Assembly: GCA_964016885.1 (NCBI GenBank)
Contig: OZ024757.1
Coordinates: forward strand, 5,208,001-5,272,000
DNA: 64,000 nt
Direction of reading: 5' to 3'
From: Eledone cirrhosa
Taxonomy: Eukaryota
Shown here: positions 38,201 through 49,031 of the stretch, piece after piece
How the letters are laid out: the number at the start of each line of letters is the position of its first letter
How positions within the stretch are numbered: position 1 is the first letter of the stretch
Program-made: the position numbers and the translations under genes
Notes under the pieces: generated by a model
Seen by the model: the letters and a program-made list of their open reading frames with translations, nothing else
Database searches by the model: none
Told to the model about the DNA's origin: nothing

Positions 38201-38820
38201 TGGCTCACATTGTGTCCGAGTGTAAACACCTAGCCCAGACCCACTATAAGGGCTGGAGACACGATGTGATGGGCAGGGTGATCCACTGGCACCTGTGCAA
38301 AGTAAACAATCTACCACATTCTGAGAAATGGTATGAGCATAGGCCAGAGGCGGTGATGGAGAACAATCAGGTGAAGGTGCTGTGGGATTTTAGGATACAG
38401 ACGGACAAAAAACTGGAACACAATAGACCTGACCTGGTGGTTGTGGACAAAGAAAAAAGATCGTGCCTGATTGTGGATGTGGCCTGCCCGTTCGACACGA
38501 GAGTGCAAGAGAAGGAGAGGGAGAAAATTAACCGATACCAGGACCTAAAGTGGGAGGTGAAAAGGATTTGGAACTGCCATGAAGTCAAAGTGATCCCGAT
38601 TGTCATAGGCGCACTGGGGACTATCTCCAAAAGTTTCCAGGGATGGTTAAAGAAAATCGGCCCCTTCATTTTTTTTTGGAACGCTTCAAAAGGCATGCTT
38701 GCTTGGAACAGCAAGAACCCTCCGATACGTCCTGAATATCTGAGGCTGCAGGTAGTGGCTTGATATTCAATCCAACGGACTTTCCAGTTAACCAACATCA
38801 ATGACTGAGATTCAAGGAAT
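35272..38820 (+). mobile_element. R4/Dong-clade site-specific non-LTR retrotransposon, family A, near full-length, flanked by (TAA)n on both sides
   Basis: Single long ORF with RT, CCHC knuckle and PD-(D/E)xK RLE, and no APE domain. TAA repeats at 35240-35271 and 38820-38855. Dong elements are known to target (TAA)n. Confidence 0.95.
35350..38763 (+). CDS. R4/Dong polyprotein: Myb-like N-terminus, reverse transcriptase, Zn knuckle, restriction-like endonuclease
   Basis: WT…W N-terminus, KSPGPDG, NYRPITCL, EQKG, IDYRKAFD, IFQGDSLSP, FMDD, YKYLG, GGRGL, CRIC…ETVAHIVSEC, RHD, RPDL…VDVACP, K..RY. A +1 T at ~38669-38677 shifts the last ~25 residues relative to sibling copies. Confidence 0.95.
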   Translation: METRTSCDRLSPNRCPLAQQQESDCQPNTADVGGRRRRKGARTNWTKELNRTVMQCYLKSNPKERGYRRRMHNIWNEIGPFKLDEQKLAGQTRVIRTNGWISELELEELSRENGLEMAGVVCQTSEPVGNEGEEVLRTEEPPEAYNDLNTEINNTWNRDTATEEMNADGLGQDSVDILNLVVDELNNDSGRPMNLRFVDRKKLKETTAKVNKVIPYLEARSLHQCNNILKATANTVRKLLGIKARGNNRQERAEPWWKKRLSGQIGEMRNDIGKLESLLNGTLKNIGTKNRLEIKYKTRRKKLNIIIEELKQRIVAKSAKIRRYENRVSQYKQNRMFDNNQKMLFGQLEGKERGNDLIPGAEQTKTFWRGIWEQDVRHNAQAGWIVTVQREIGEQAQKQTDLSITVETLKGQAKKLTNWKSPGPDGVQGYWIKHLTSLHPKLTAMFNDCLVSGEVPEWLTKGTTVLIMKDRIKGNDATNYRPITCLSVMWKLLTSIVSEEIYHHLHTNNLLPDEQKGCRKKSRGTKDQLLIDKMVMGNCRRRHTDLAMGWIDYRKAFDMVPHSWITKSLEIFRVADNIRQLLGRSMGSWETELTSTGVSLGSVKIKRGIFQGDSLSPLLFVLALMPLTIMLRKVRAGYKLGRGELTINHLLFMDDLKLFGKSEKELDVLVDTVRIFSSDICMQFGICKCGVIVMKRGRLSRSNGIQIPTGEMIKEIDSEEGYKYLGVLEADGIKNKKMKELLRTEYIRRVRSVLKSHLNSRNAISAVNSRAVSIIRYSAAILRWNVAEQKEMDRKTRKLLTIYNMFHKRSDVDRLYLRRSEGGRGLISIEDCVQMEKNNLYKYVTYSKEPMLRAVLKEGTVGQGMSREEITSRRKSSLKGKPLHSTFFEKTEFRDPQTWNWLRRGDLKKATEGMLMAAQEQALKTKWLKHHIYKEEASPLCRICGEREETVAHIVSECKHLAQTHYKGWRHDVMGRVIHWHLCKVNNLPHSEKWYEHRPEAVMENNQVKVLWDFRIQTDKKLEHNRPDLVVVDKEKRSCLIVDVACPFDTRVQEKEREKINRYQDLKWEVKRIWNCHEVKVIPIVIGALGTISKSFQGWLKKIGPFIFFWNASKGMLAWNSKNPPIRPEYLRLQVVA

Positions 38821-38855
38821 AACAATAACAATAATAATAATAATAATAATAATAA

Positions 38856-39465
38856 ACCACCGAATCAAGTCCCATAAAATTTCGGATCCATATTATATTG
38901 TTATATCGCTCAAATATTCAATTTTGTATTATATATTTTGTATTCAAAAAGAAAATGGCTATAAATGGAAGAAAACACCCTCTGTCTACACTATATAGAA
39001 CAGCCAAATAACAGCAATTTCACCAACACCAGAAACTTGATGCACCACCTACCCCATCACACTATATATAACAGCCAGATAACGGCAATTTCACCACCAC
39101 CACCACCAATCCCAGCATCATAATAATAATTACTATTATTATTGTCTCAAGTTTTAACAAAATGTTTAATTCCAATTTAACGGGAATATGTCAACACAAT
39201 ATATATTAAACATACGCGACACAAATTCATAGATACTACATATCACAAAACTCAGTAACGACAACGCCACCGCCGCCACCACTCCATCCATCATTGCTAC
39301 CACTATCCCATCACCGCCGCCACCACTCCTTCATTGCTACCACCACTATTCCCCTGTTAACTTGAGAGAGAAAGGGGAAGGTGGCGGTATCACTTGACAA
39401 GGGAGAGGCTAGCAAAAGATATAAATAGATTGACTTAGTGACCTGGCCACCGGCCAAACGTGAAC
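38856..39465 (+). repeat. Companion module copy 2
   Basis: Homologous to 33620-34197 and 43800-44520; it starts immediately after the (TAA)n tail of the family A element. Confidence 0.88.
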
Positions 39466-39726
39466 ATCAACAACTATGGCACTGCTGGCTCACCCCTTCC
39501 TCACCAACAATATAAAAAGCCCCAGCACCCCCACCGACATAGCCAACAACAATAACAGGCAACTTCAGCAAAAAGTATATTATATTATTGTAATGCACTG
39601 GGTGATTGCTGGCCTTGTGCCTGGAGTGGAGACAATTATTAATAATTTCATTCTTAAGCCACGCAATGCTCACATTAAGGAACCACTCATGATAATAACA
39701 ATTTAAAAAAAAACAACAGAAAGAAA

Positions 39727-42700
39727 ACCCCGTGACCAAGAAATACCGGGATGGCGGCCGGCGGGGAATAGCCGTGTCTCTAGGGGGGAACGACCCCTCT
39801 AGCCTTGGTTGACACTCGTTCTAGAAGTGGTAACACGAAATGATTACCCCTTGGCGGATAAGGATAAAACGCGACAAAATAAAGTAAATGTCTAATGATA
39901 AAATCTCATACCGGATCGGCCGTCACCCGGGTAAAAAAGGGCCGCGTCCCTCAGAGAGGAACCAGACTGGGGTCGAAAAATCAGCTAATGGTTCCAACCT
40001 TCCCATCACTTCGGAGCTGGAGACCTCCCATAACCGGAATACTCCTACTGTTGGCCCTCTATGCTCACCACCAAGAAATCCAAAGAAAAAGAGAGAAAAA
40101 TGGTCAAGGGAAGATAATAAAGAAGTCCTTGAGGCTTTCTACACTGCCATGTACTACCCATCAAATACATCGAATACAGAACAGACATATATATCAACTG
40201 GAAAAAGAAACATCCCGAAAACAGAGGCTATATTGACAGTAACAAACTAGCCAATATACGAAGAATATTGTAAGAAAAAAGTTACTAACTGATATAGAAA
40301 TTGATCAGATCAAGCTATTAGCACAAAGTCAGCGAAGGGAGAATGAAACATGTGTCAGTGAAAACGAGGTAAATTGTAACACTTCGAATCCCAGGGTTGG
40401 GGCGGAATCACTGGCAACAGAACAAATTAAAGAAAGGATCGAAGAAGTGGAGGGACTGCATGCTCAAGATGAAACTCCAAATGAAAATAATGAGATCGTA
40501 AATGATAAAGAAATGAATGAGAATGAACTTGCCAACTTGAAGGATGAAATTATGATCGAATGGATGAAAATGAAAGAATCTGACATGGGGCAACGAGACA
40601 CCCTCCCTAAGATCCAGAACTCCAAACAGAACCAAACGATAATACACAAGACTAACATAATTCTCAAAAACATTATCATCACAAACAAACTAAACATTAC
40701 TGACTTAAATCATCTCTATTATGCATCGGCTAAAGTCACCACTCACTTATGTGGAGTGAAAATGAAAAAACAAAGGAATTCCCACAAGAAATCTACTTGG
40801 CAAGAGAACATCAATCGCCAAATAAACCTTCTCCGATCTGACATAGAAATTTTAACAAACTATAAAGTAGGTGAACATGTTAAACAAACTAAACTTAGAA
40901 AATTGAAAAAAAAGTACAGTATAAGATCAACATGTGACATAGACATGCTGATAGAAACAATCAAGCAAAAAGTGTCGGCCAAAGCTGCTCGTATAAGGCG
41001 CTTTGAAAAACGATCTAGATTCTATAAGGACAATAATATGTTCAAAAACAACCAAAGAAACTTCTACAGAAAAATTGGTAAGTCAACAATAACTGCTAAA
41101 TCAATACCACCCAAGGAGGAAGTGCAAGAATTCTGGGAAAAGATCTGGGCCGAAGAAAAAGTTCATAACATACATGCCCCATGGATAGACAGACAAATGA
41201 AAGAAACAGCTCACCTTGAAGAACAAACATGGGAAAATATAACAGTTGAACAGCTGCGCTTGGCTCTAAGAAAAACCAGCAAATGGAAATCCCCAGGAAA
41301 AGACAAAATACAAAACCTTTGGATAAATGCCTTCACAGAGTCTCATGAGCTGTTAGCCCAACTTTACAATGAAATAGTTAAGGAGCCAGAAAAGATACCA
41401 TCATGGCTAGTTAACGGCATTACATTCCTGCTACCGAAGAATGATGAGACAAACAATCCCAAAAATTACAGACCGATAACCTGCTTGACCACAATGTATA
41501 AAATTTTAACATCAGTCCTAACTGAATACATATATGACCACCTGATAACAAATGACCTATTTCCCATTGAGCAGAAAGGGTGTAAACGAGGCTCATATGG
41601 CTGTAAGGATCAGCTTCTGGTTAACAAAATGATACTGGAAGATTGTCATAATAGACACAAAAATCTATCGATTGCTTGGATAGATTATAAAAAAGCATTC
41701 GATAGTTTGCCACACAGTTGGATTGAAAAATGTTTAGAGATTTTCAAAATATCCCCCGTTGTCAGGAGGTTTTTGTCATTCAGTATGAGGACATGGAGAA
41801 CGACACTCCTTTTGAATAGTGAAACAAAATCACTGGAAGCTGGAGAAGTTAACATTAATTGTGAAATTTTTCAGGGTGACTCTTTATCACCGCTTTTATT
41901 CTGCATCGCACTTATACCATTAAGTAAAATGCTCAATGAAACAAAACATGGATATAGAGTCTATGACAAAACCATTAATCACCTGTTCTACATGGATGAC
42001 CTGAAACTATTTGCAATAAATGATGAACAATTGCAAGGTCTATTATCCACTGTGGAGCAGTTCAGTGATGACATTAAAATGGAGTTTGGACTAGATAAAT
42101 GCGCCAAAGCAACGTTCACCAGAGGAAAGCTGCTGAAGAGTTCAGACATTAATCTTGATCGGGGGAACGTGATAAGAGAACTTGATCAAGAAAAAACTTA
42201 CAAATATCTAGGTGTTTGTGAAGGAGACGGAATCAAGCACTCGACAATGTGGGAAAGGATAAGGAAGGAATGTTACCGCAGAGTCAGAGCAATCTTAAGA
42301 ACGGAATTGAATGCAAGGAATAGGATCGATGCCATAAACACGCTTGCCATACCAGTAGAAACCTACAGTTACAATGTCATCAACTGGTCAAGCACAGAGA
42401 TCCGTAGGCTCGATACAAAAATTCGAAAATTCTTAACCATGCACAGAATGCATCACCCTAAGGCAGATATAGATAGAATATATCTCCCTAGGAAAGAAGG
42501 AGGACGTGGGTTAATCCAGTTAGACATTGCGTTGAAAACTGCAACAATTGGATTATCTACATATCTAAGGGAATCACATGATTGGATGATCAAACTCGTT
42601 TTGAAACACGAAAGCATCAAAAGATCATATTCCATTACAAAAGATGCACAAAGATACAGTAATGGACTACAAATTTCAGAAGTCCCATTTACTGCTGAAA

Positions 42701-43680
42701 TGGAAAACACAGAAAAAGCAAAACAGGTAAAAGTAACTGCAAAGAAAGAACTGCTACAGAAACTGGCTAAGAAATGGCAAGAAAAGCCTCTATATGGAAA
42801 ATACCCAGAGCGAGCTAACAATCCTGATGTTGACAAAACTTTAACCCATCAGTGGTTGGCATCCTCTGGACTGAAATCGCAGACTGAAGGACTGATTATA
42901 TCAGCACAAGATCAGTGTCTGCCAACAAAAAATTACCAACCCAACATAATAAAAAATGGGTGCAGCCCATTATGCCCTGTATGCAAAAAACCAGAGAGCA
43001 TTGACCATATAATTTCAATGTGCAGTCCTATAGCTCCAACCGAATACCTAAACAGGCATGACAGAGCTGCACAATACATACATTGGATAATGTGTAAGCA
43101 TTTTGACCTGCCCCATCAAAAGAATTGGTGGGAGCATCAACCACCTCCCATACTTGAAAAAGATCACATCTCAATCTTGTGGAACTTTAGCATCCAAACA
43201 GACCGAAAAATAGATGCAAATAGACCTGATATAATATTGAAGGACTTTCAAAAGAGGGTATGACTGCTAATTGATATGTCTGTTCCAATAGACAAGAATG
43301 TATCTATAAAAACATTTGAAAAATTTAGCAAGTATAAGGACCTGGAGATAGAAATTGGAAAAATGTGGAAATTGAGTACTAAAACAATACCAGTGGTTGT
43401 AGGCGCTCTGGGAATGATACCTAAGGGGTCTAATGATTACTTATCGCAAATCCCAGGAAACCCGCGTATAGGAGAAATACAAAAGAGAGTACTAATGGGA
43501 ACTGCCCATATACTAAGGAAGATTCTGTCAATATAAGTACATCACAAGTCTAAACACCAAAGATGCATGTGTGAGTATGTATGTTCTTTCTTGAACATGG
43601 CGGAGCTTGTTGTCTCTTGAGGTCACTGGTTGTGACTTGGTGATAACTCGTATGAACATAAAGCAAGATAAATGCAACTG
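39727..43680 (+). mobile_element. R4/Dong-clade element, family B (divergent, AT-rich), full-length but disrupted
   Basis: ATG at 39888 (…REKWSREDNKEV…), a frameshift near 40190-40250, a 938-aa open segment with NYRPITCL, FQGDSLSP, YMDD, CPVC…H…C, RHD and RPD, an in-frame TGA at 43261-43263, and a C-terminus ending at 43536. A (TAA)n tail starts at 43681. Confidence 0.93.
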
Positions 43681-43700
43681 TAATAATAATAATAATAATA

Positions 43701-44960
43701 GAAGGTCGAGAAATCGCTCCCGTAAGTTTTGATTTTTTAACATATTTAAATCAATTGTGAAATAACAATTCTTAGTACAAATGTTGCATAAAACATCCAG
43801 CTTGAGTCCCAAAAAATTCGGATCCACAATATATTGTTATATCGCTCAAATATTCAATTTTGTATTATACATTTTATATTCAAAAGAGAAAATGGTTACA
43901 AATGGAAGAAAACCCCCTCTGTCTACACTATATAGAACAGCCAAATACCAGCAATTTCACCAACATCAGAAACTAGATACACCACCTACCCCATTACCCC
44001 TCTGTGTACACTAAACACAACAGCCAGATAACGGCAATTTTACCACCACCACCACTAATCTCAGCATAATAATAATAATTACTATTTCTATTGCCTCAAG
44101 TTTTAGTTTTAACAAAATGTTTAATTCCAATATTAAGGTATTTATGTCAACACATATACGCAACTAACGATAATTTCACTAAAGATAATTTCACCACCAA
44201 TACCACCACCACTACCACGATGAAAACTCTGGTCAAGTCGACTCAAATTTCTACTCCAACTTCAACACCATCACTACAGTAATATGACCACATCATCACC
44301 ACCACCACTGCCTCATTATCGCTACCGCCGCTACTCTCTCCCACTACCTTCTACTAGTTGCTGCTGGCACAGCACCGCCACCACCACCGCCGCCGCTGCC
44401 TCAATATCACTACCGCCGCTATTCTCTCCCGCTACCCCCTGCTACATTGTAGAATTCTCACTAAAAGGGGAAAACACCAAAATATATAAATAGATTGAAT
44501 TGATGACCCGGTCAAAAAAAAACAAAACAATAATCAAAATCAAGTTTTAGTTTTCACAAAATGTTTAATTCCAATATTAAGGTATTTATGTCAACACATA
44601 TACGCGACTAATGATAATTTCACTAAAGATAATTTCCCCACCAGTGCTACCACCACTGCCACGATGAAAACCCTGGTCAAGTCGACTCAAATTTCTACTC
44701 CATCTTCAACACCATTGCTACAATAATACGACCACATCGCCACCGCCGCTGCCTCATTAGCGCTACCGCCGCTATTCTCTCCCACTACCTCCTGCTGGTT
44801 GCTGCTGGCACAGCACCGCAATCGCCGCTACCGCTGCCTCATTGTCACTACCGCCGCTATTCTCTCCCGATAGCCCCTGCTACATTGTAGAATTCTCACT
44901 AAAAGAGGAAGGCATCAAAATATATAAATAGACTGAATTGATGACCCGGTCAAAATCAAA
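43701..44960 (+). repeat. Companion module copy 3, with its 3' ~445 bp tandemly duplicated
   Basis: 43701-44100 matches 33525-33930. 44097-44520 and 44541-44955 are direct repeats, each ending tataaatag-ttgaattgatgacccggtcaaaa. Confidence 0.88.
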
Positions 44961-45184
44961 AAAAAAGAATCAAAATCAAAGCAGCACAGCAACAACGAAA
45001 AACGTAAAGGAAATAAAAATGAAGAGAAAAACAAACGGACGGACAGAGAAGGGAAGGGAAAAACTAAGTCAGACATTCAAAAACTACATTACAATGAAAC
45101 TTATGCTTATTCATTTTTGGGTTTTTTTCTGCCTGTTTCTTTGTTTATTTGGGTTCGTCTACAGCGTGATAATGCCACACAAAA

Positions 45185-48100
45185 GTCACGTGGAGTGACG
45201 AAACCACCGGAGACAAGTAATTCACCGGTGGTTATGTAACCATACATTCGCCAATCCTCGATAAGAGTGTTTAAATGTCGAACCTAAACAGTTCGAATAA
45301 CGGTGAAATGGAGACTAGAATGTCATGTGACAGACTCTCACCCAACAGGTGCTCCCTGGCTCAGCAGCAGGGACCTGGCTGTCAACCAAATACTGCTGGT
45401 GTCGGAGGAAGAAGAAGAAGGAAAGAGACCAGAACCAACTGGACGAAAGAATTGAATAGAACTGTTATGCAATGTTACCTGAAGAGTAACCCCAAGGAGA
45501 AAGGCTATAGGAAAAGGATGCATAACATCTGGAACGAGATTGGTCCATTTAAATTAGATGAACAAAAACTGGCCGGGCAGGCTCGGGTAATAAGAACTAA
45601 TGGGTGGATAAGCGAGCTGGAACTGGAAGAACTGAGCAGAGAGATTAGCTTGGAGATGGAGGGTGGAGTATGCCAGGCAAGCGAGCCAGTGGGAAATGAA
45701 GGTGGGGAGGTCGAGAGAACGGAGGAACCATCCGAAACAGACAATGATCTGAATGCTGAGATAAATAATACCTGGAACAGAGATACGGCCACTGAGGAGA
45801 TGAATGCTGTCGGGCTAGGACAAGATTTGGTAGATATCCTAAACTTAGTGGTAGATGAATTGAACAATGATAGTGGGAGACCTATGAACCTAAGATTTGT
45901 AGACAGGAAAAAGTTAAAAGAAACAACAGCTAAGGTAAACAAAGTCATCCCATACCTTGAGGCGAGGAGCCTTCATCAGTGCAACAATATCCTCGAAGCA
46001 ACAGCAAATACGGTGAGGAAACTACTTGGTATAAAAGCGAGAGGAAACAACAGACAAGAAAGAGCAGAGCCTTGGTGGAAGAAACGACTGAGTGGTCAAA
46101 TCAGGGAAATGAGAAATGACATTGAAAAGCTTGAGTCCCTACTGAATGGGACACTAAAAAACATAGATACTAAAAATAGACTGGAAATAAAGTAAAAAAC
46201 TCGGAGGAAAAAGCTAAATATTATCATAGAAGAACTGAAGTAACGCATTGTAGCAAAGAGTACAAAAATCAGGCGATACGAGAAAAGAGTCAGCCAGTAT
46301 AGAGAAAACCGCATGTTCGACAACAACCAGAAGATGCTGTTTGGACAGCTTGAAGGGAAAGAAAGAGGCAACGACTTGATCCCTGAGGCGGAACAAACTA
46401 AAACATTCTGGAGAGGAATATGGGAGCAGGATGTTAAACATAATGACCAGGCAGTGTGGATTGAGACAGTACAGAAGGAGATCAGTGAACAGGCACACCA
46501 ACAAACTGATTTGAGTATCACAGTTGAAACTCTTAAGGGGCAGGCCAAAAAACTAACCAACTGGACATCACCTGGCCCAGAAGGTGTGCAGGGGTATTGG
46601 ATTAAAAACATAACATCCCTCCACCCGAAACTGATAACCATGTTCAATGACTGCTTGATGTCAGGTGAGATACCAGAGTGGTTGACAAAAGGTACCACAG
46701 TTCTGATAATGAAAGACCGAATCAAGGGTAATGATGTTACCAACTATAGATCTATCACATGTCTGTCCGTAATGTGGAAACTGTTGACAAGCATTATGTC
46801 TGAGGAAATCTACCATCACCTCCACACAAACAACTTGTTACCGGACGAACAGAAAGGATGCCGAAAGAAGTCACGTGGTACAAAGGACCAGTTACTTATT
46901 GATAAGATGGTAATGAGGAATTGCAAGAGAAGACACACTGGTCTTGCCATGGGATGGATAGACTACAAAAAGGCATTTGACATGGTGCCTCATTCTTGGA
47001 TCACCAAAAGCCTGGAGATCTTCAAGGTGGCAGATAACATCAGACAGTTGTTGGGCAAAAGTATGAAGTCCTGGGAAACAGAGTTAACATCAACTGGAGA
47101 ATCCTTGGGAAGCGTGAAGATCAAGAGAGGTATCTTCCAGGGAGATAGTCTCTCCCTTCTGTTGTTTGTCCTTGCCCTGATGCCCCTGACCAGTGTACTG
47201 CGAAAAGTGTGAGCAGGATACAGGTTGGAAAAGGGAGGGCTTACCATCAATCACCTCCTCTTCATGGAAGATCTTAAGCTCTTCGGGAAGAGTGAGAAGG
47301 AGTTGGATGTGCTTGTTGACACTGTCCGTATTTTCAGCAATGACATATGTATGCAATTTGGTATTAGTAAGTGTGGAGTCATTGTGATGAGGAGGAGTAA
47401 GTTGAGCAGAAGTAACGGAATCCAGATACCAACAGGTGAGTTGATAAAGGAAATTGACTCTGAGGAAGGATACAAGTATTTGGGCGTTCTGGAGGCTGAT
47501 GACATCAAGAACAAAAAAAATGAAGGAATTGATAAGAAGTGAATACCTTCGGAGAGTAAGGAGCGTATTAAAGTCACATCTGAACAGTAGGAATGCCATA
47601 AGTGCAGTAAATACCCGAGCTGTGTCTATTATTAGGTACAGTGCGGGAATTCTGAGATGGAATGTTGCTGAACAAAAAGAAATGGATAGGAAGACTAGGA
47701 AGCTATTGACTATCTACAACATGTTCCACAAGAGGAGTGATGTCGATAGACTCTACTTAAGGAGATCTGAGGGTGGAAGAGGTCTTGTCAGCATAGAGGA
47801 CTGTGTTCAGATGGAGAAAAACAACCTACACAAATACGTGACTGATAGTAAGGAGCCAATGCTCAGAACTGTACTGAAGGAGAGGACAATAGGCCAGGGG
47901 ATGTCCAAGGAGGAAATAACATCAAGGAGAAAGAGCAGCCTTCAGGAAAAATCCCTTGATAGTACCTTCTTTGAGAAAACTGAATTTAGAGATCCACAGA
48001 CATGGAACTGGTTGAAAAGAGAAGACCTTAAAAAGGCTAAAGAAGGAATGTTAATGGCTGCGCAGGAGCAGGCCCTCAAAACGAAGTGGTTGAAACACCA

Positions 48101-48775
48101 CATTTACAAGGAGGAGGCTAGCCCACTGTGCAGGATCTGTGGAGAGAGAGAGGAGACTGTGGCTCACATTGTATCCGAATGTAAACACCTAGCCCAGACT
48201 CACTATAAGGGCTGGAGACATGATGTGATGGGCAGGGTGATCCACTGGCACCTGTGCAAAGTAAACAACTTACCACATTCTGGGAAGTGGTATGAGCATA
48301 AGCCAGAGTCGGTGATAGAAAACGATCAGGTGAAGGTGCTGTGGGATTTTAGGATACAGACGGACAAGAAACTGGAACACAATAGACCTGACCTGGTGGT
48401 TGTGGACAAAGAAAAAAGATCGTGTCTGATTGTGGATGTGGCCTGCCCATTCGACACGAGAGTGCAAGAGAAGGAGAGGGAGAAAATTAACCGATACCAG
48501 GACTTAAAGTGGGAGGTAAAAAGGATTTGGAACTGCCATGAAGTCAAAGTGATCCCGATTGTCATAGGCGCACTAGGGACTATCTCAAAAAGTTTCCAGG
48601 GATGGTTAAAGAAAATTGGCCCCTTCACGCTTTTTGGAACGCTTCAAAAGGCATGCTTGCTGGGAACAGCAAGAACCCTCCGATACGTCCTGAATATCTG
48701 AGGCTGCAGGTAGTGGCTTGATATTCATTTCAACAAACTTTCCAGTTAACTAACATCAATGACTGAGACTCAAAA
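45185..48775 (+). mobile_element. R4/Dong-clade element, family A, full-length pseudogenised copy with the longest 5' UTR
   Basis: ORF pieces 45275-46195, 46313-47212 and 47454-48701 are colinear with 35350-38763, with stops, a frameshift and FMED replacing FMDD. It ends in An followed by (TAA)n. Confidence 0.95.
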
Positions 48776-48803
48776 AAAAAAAAAATAATAATAATAATAA
48801 TAA

Positions 48804-48854
48804 TTGTGACTTGGTGATAACTCGTATGAACATAAAGCAAGATAAATGCAACTG
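48804..48854 (+). mobile_element. 51-bp 3' tip of Dong family B between two (TAA)n tracts
   Basis: ttgtgacttggtgataactcgtatgaacataaagcaagataaatgcaactg is identical to 43630-43680. Confidence 0.9.
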
Positions 48855-48877
48855 TAATAATAATAATAATAATAATG

Positions 48878-48960
48878 ATTTCTTTGTTGGCCACAAGGGC
48901 TGACATCAAGAAAAACATTACAGACGACGGCATAGGACGGTACAGGACGGTACGATCTGG
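48878..48960 (-). mobile_element. 3' tip of a Tx1-like LINE
   Basis: The reverse complement gtcgtctgtaatgtttttcttgatgtcagcccttgtggccaacaaagaaat matches the Tx1 3' ends at 57318-57368 and 53940-53973. Confidence 0.8.
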
Positions 48961-49031
48961 GTTTTGTGCGTGTAAAGATTTTTATTATTTATATAAGAAA
49001 AGAAGAAAAAAAGACATAGAAACATATATAT

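Noticed and set aside
35380-48628. Numerous minus-strand ORFs over the Dong elements
   Set aside because: They are antisense shadows of the RT ORFs and have no motifs.
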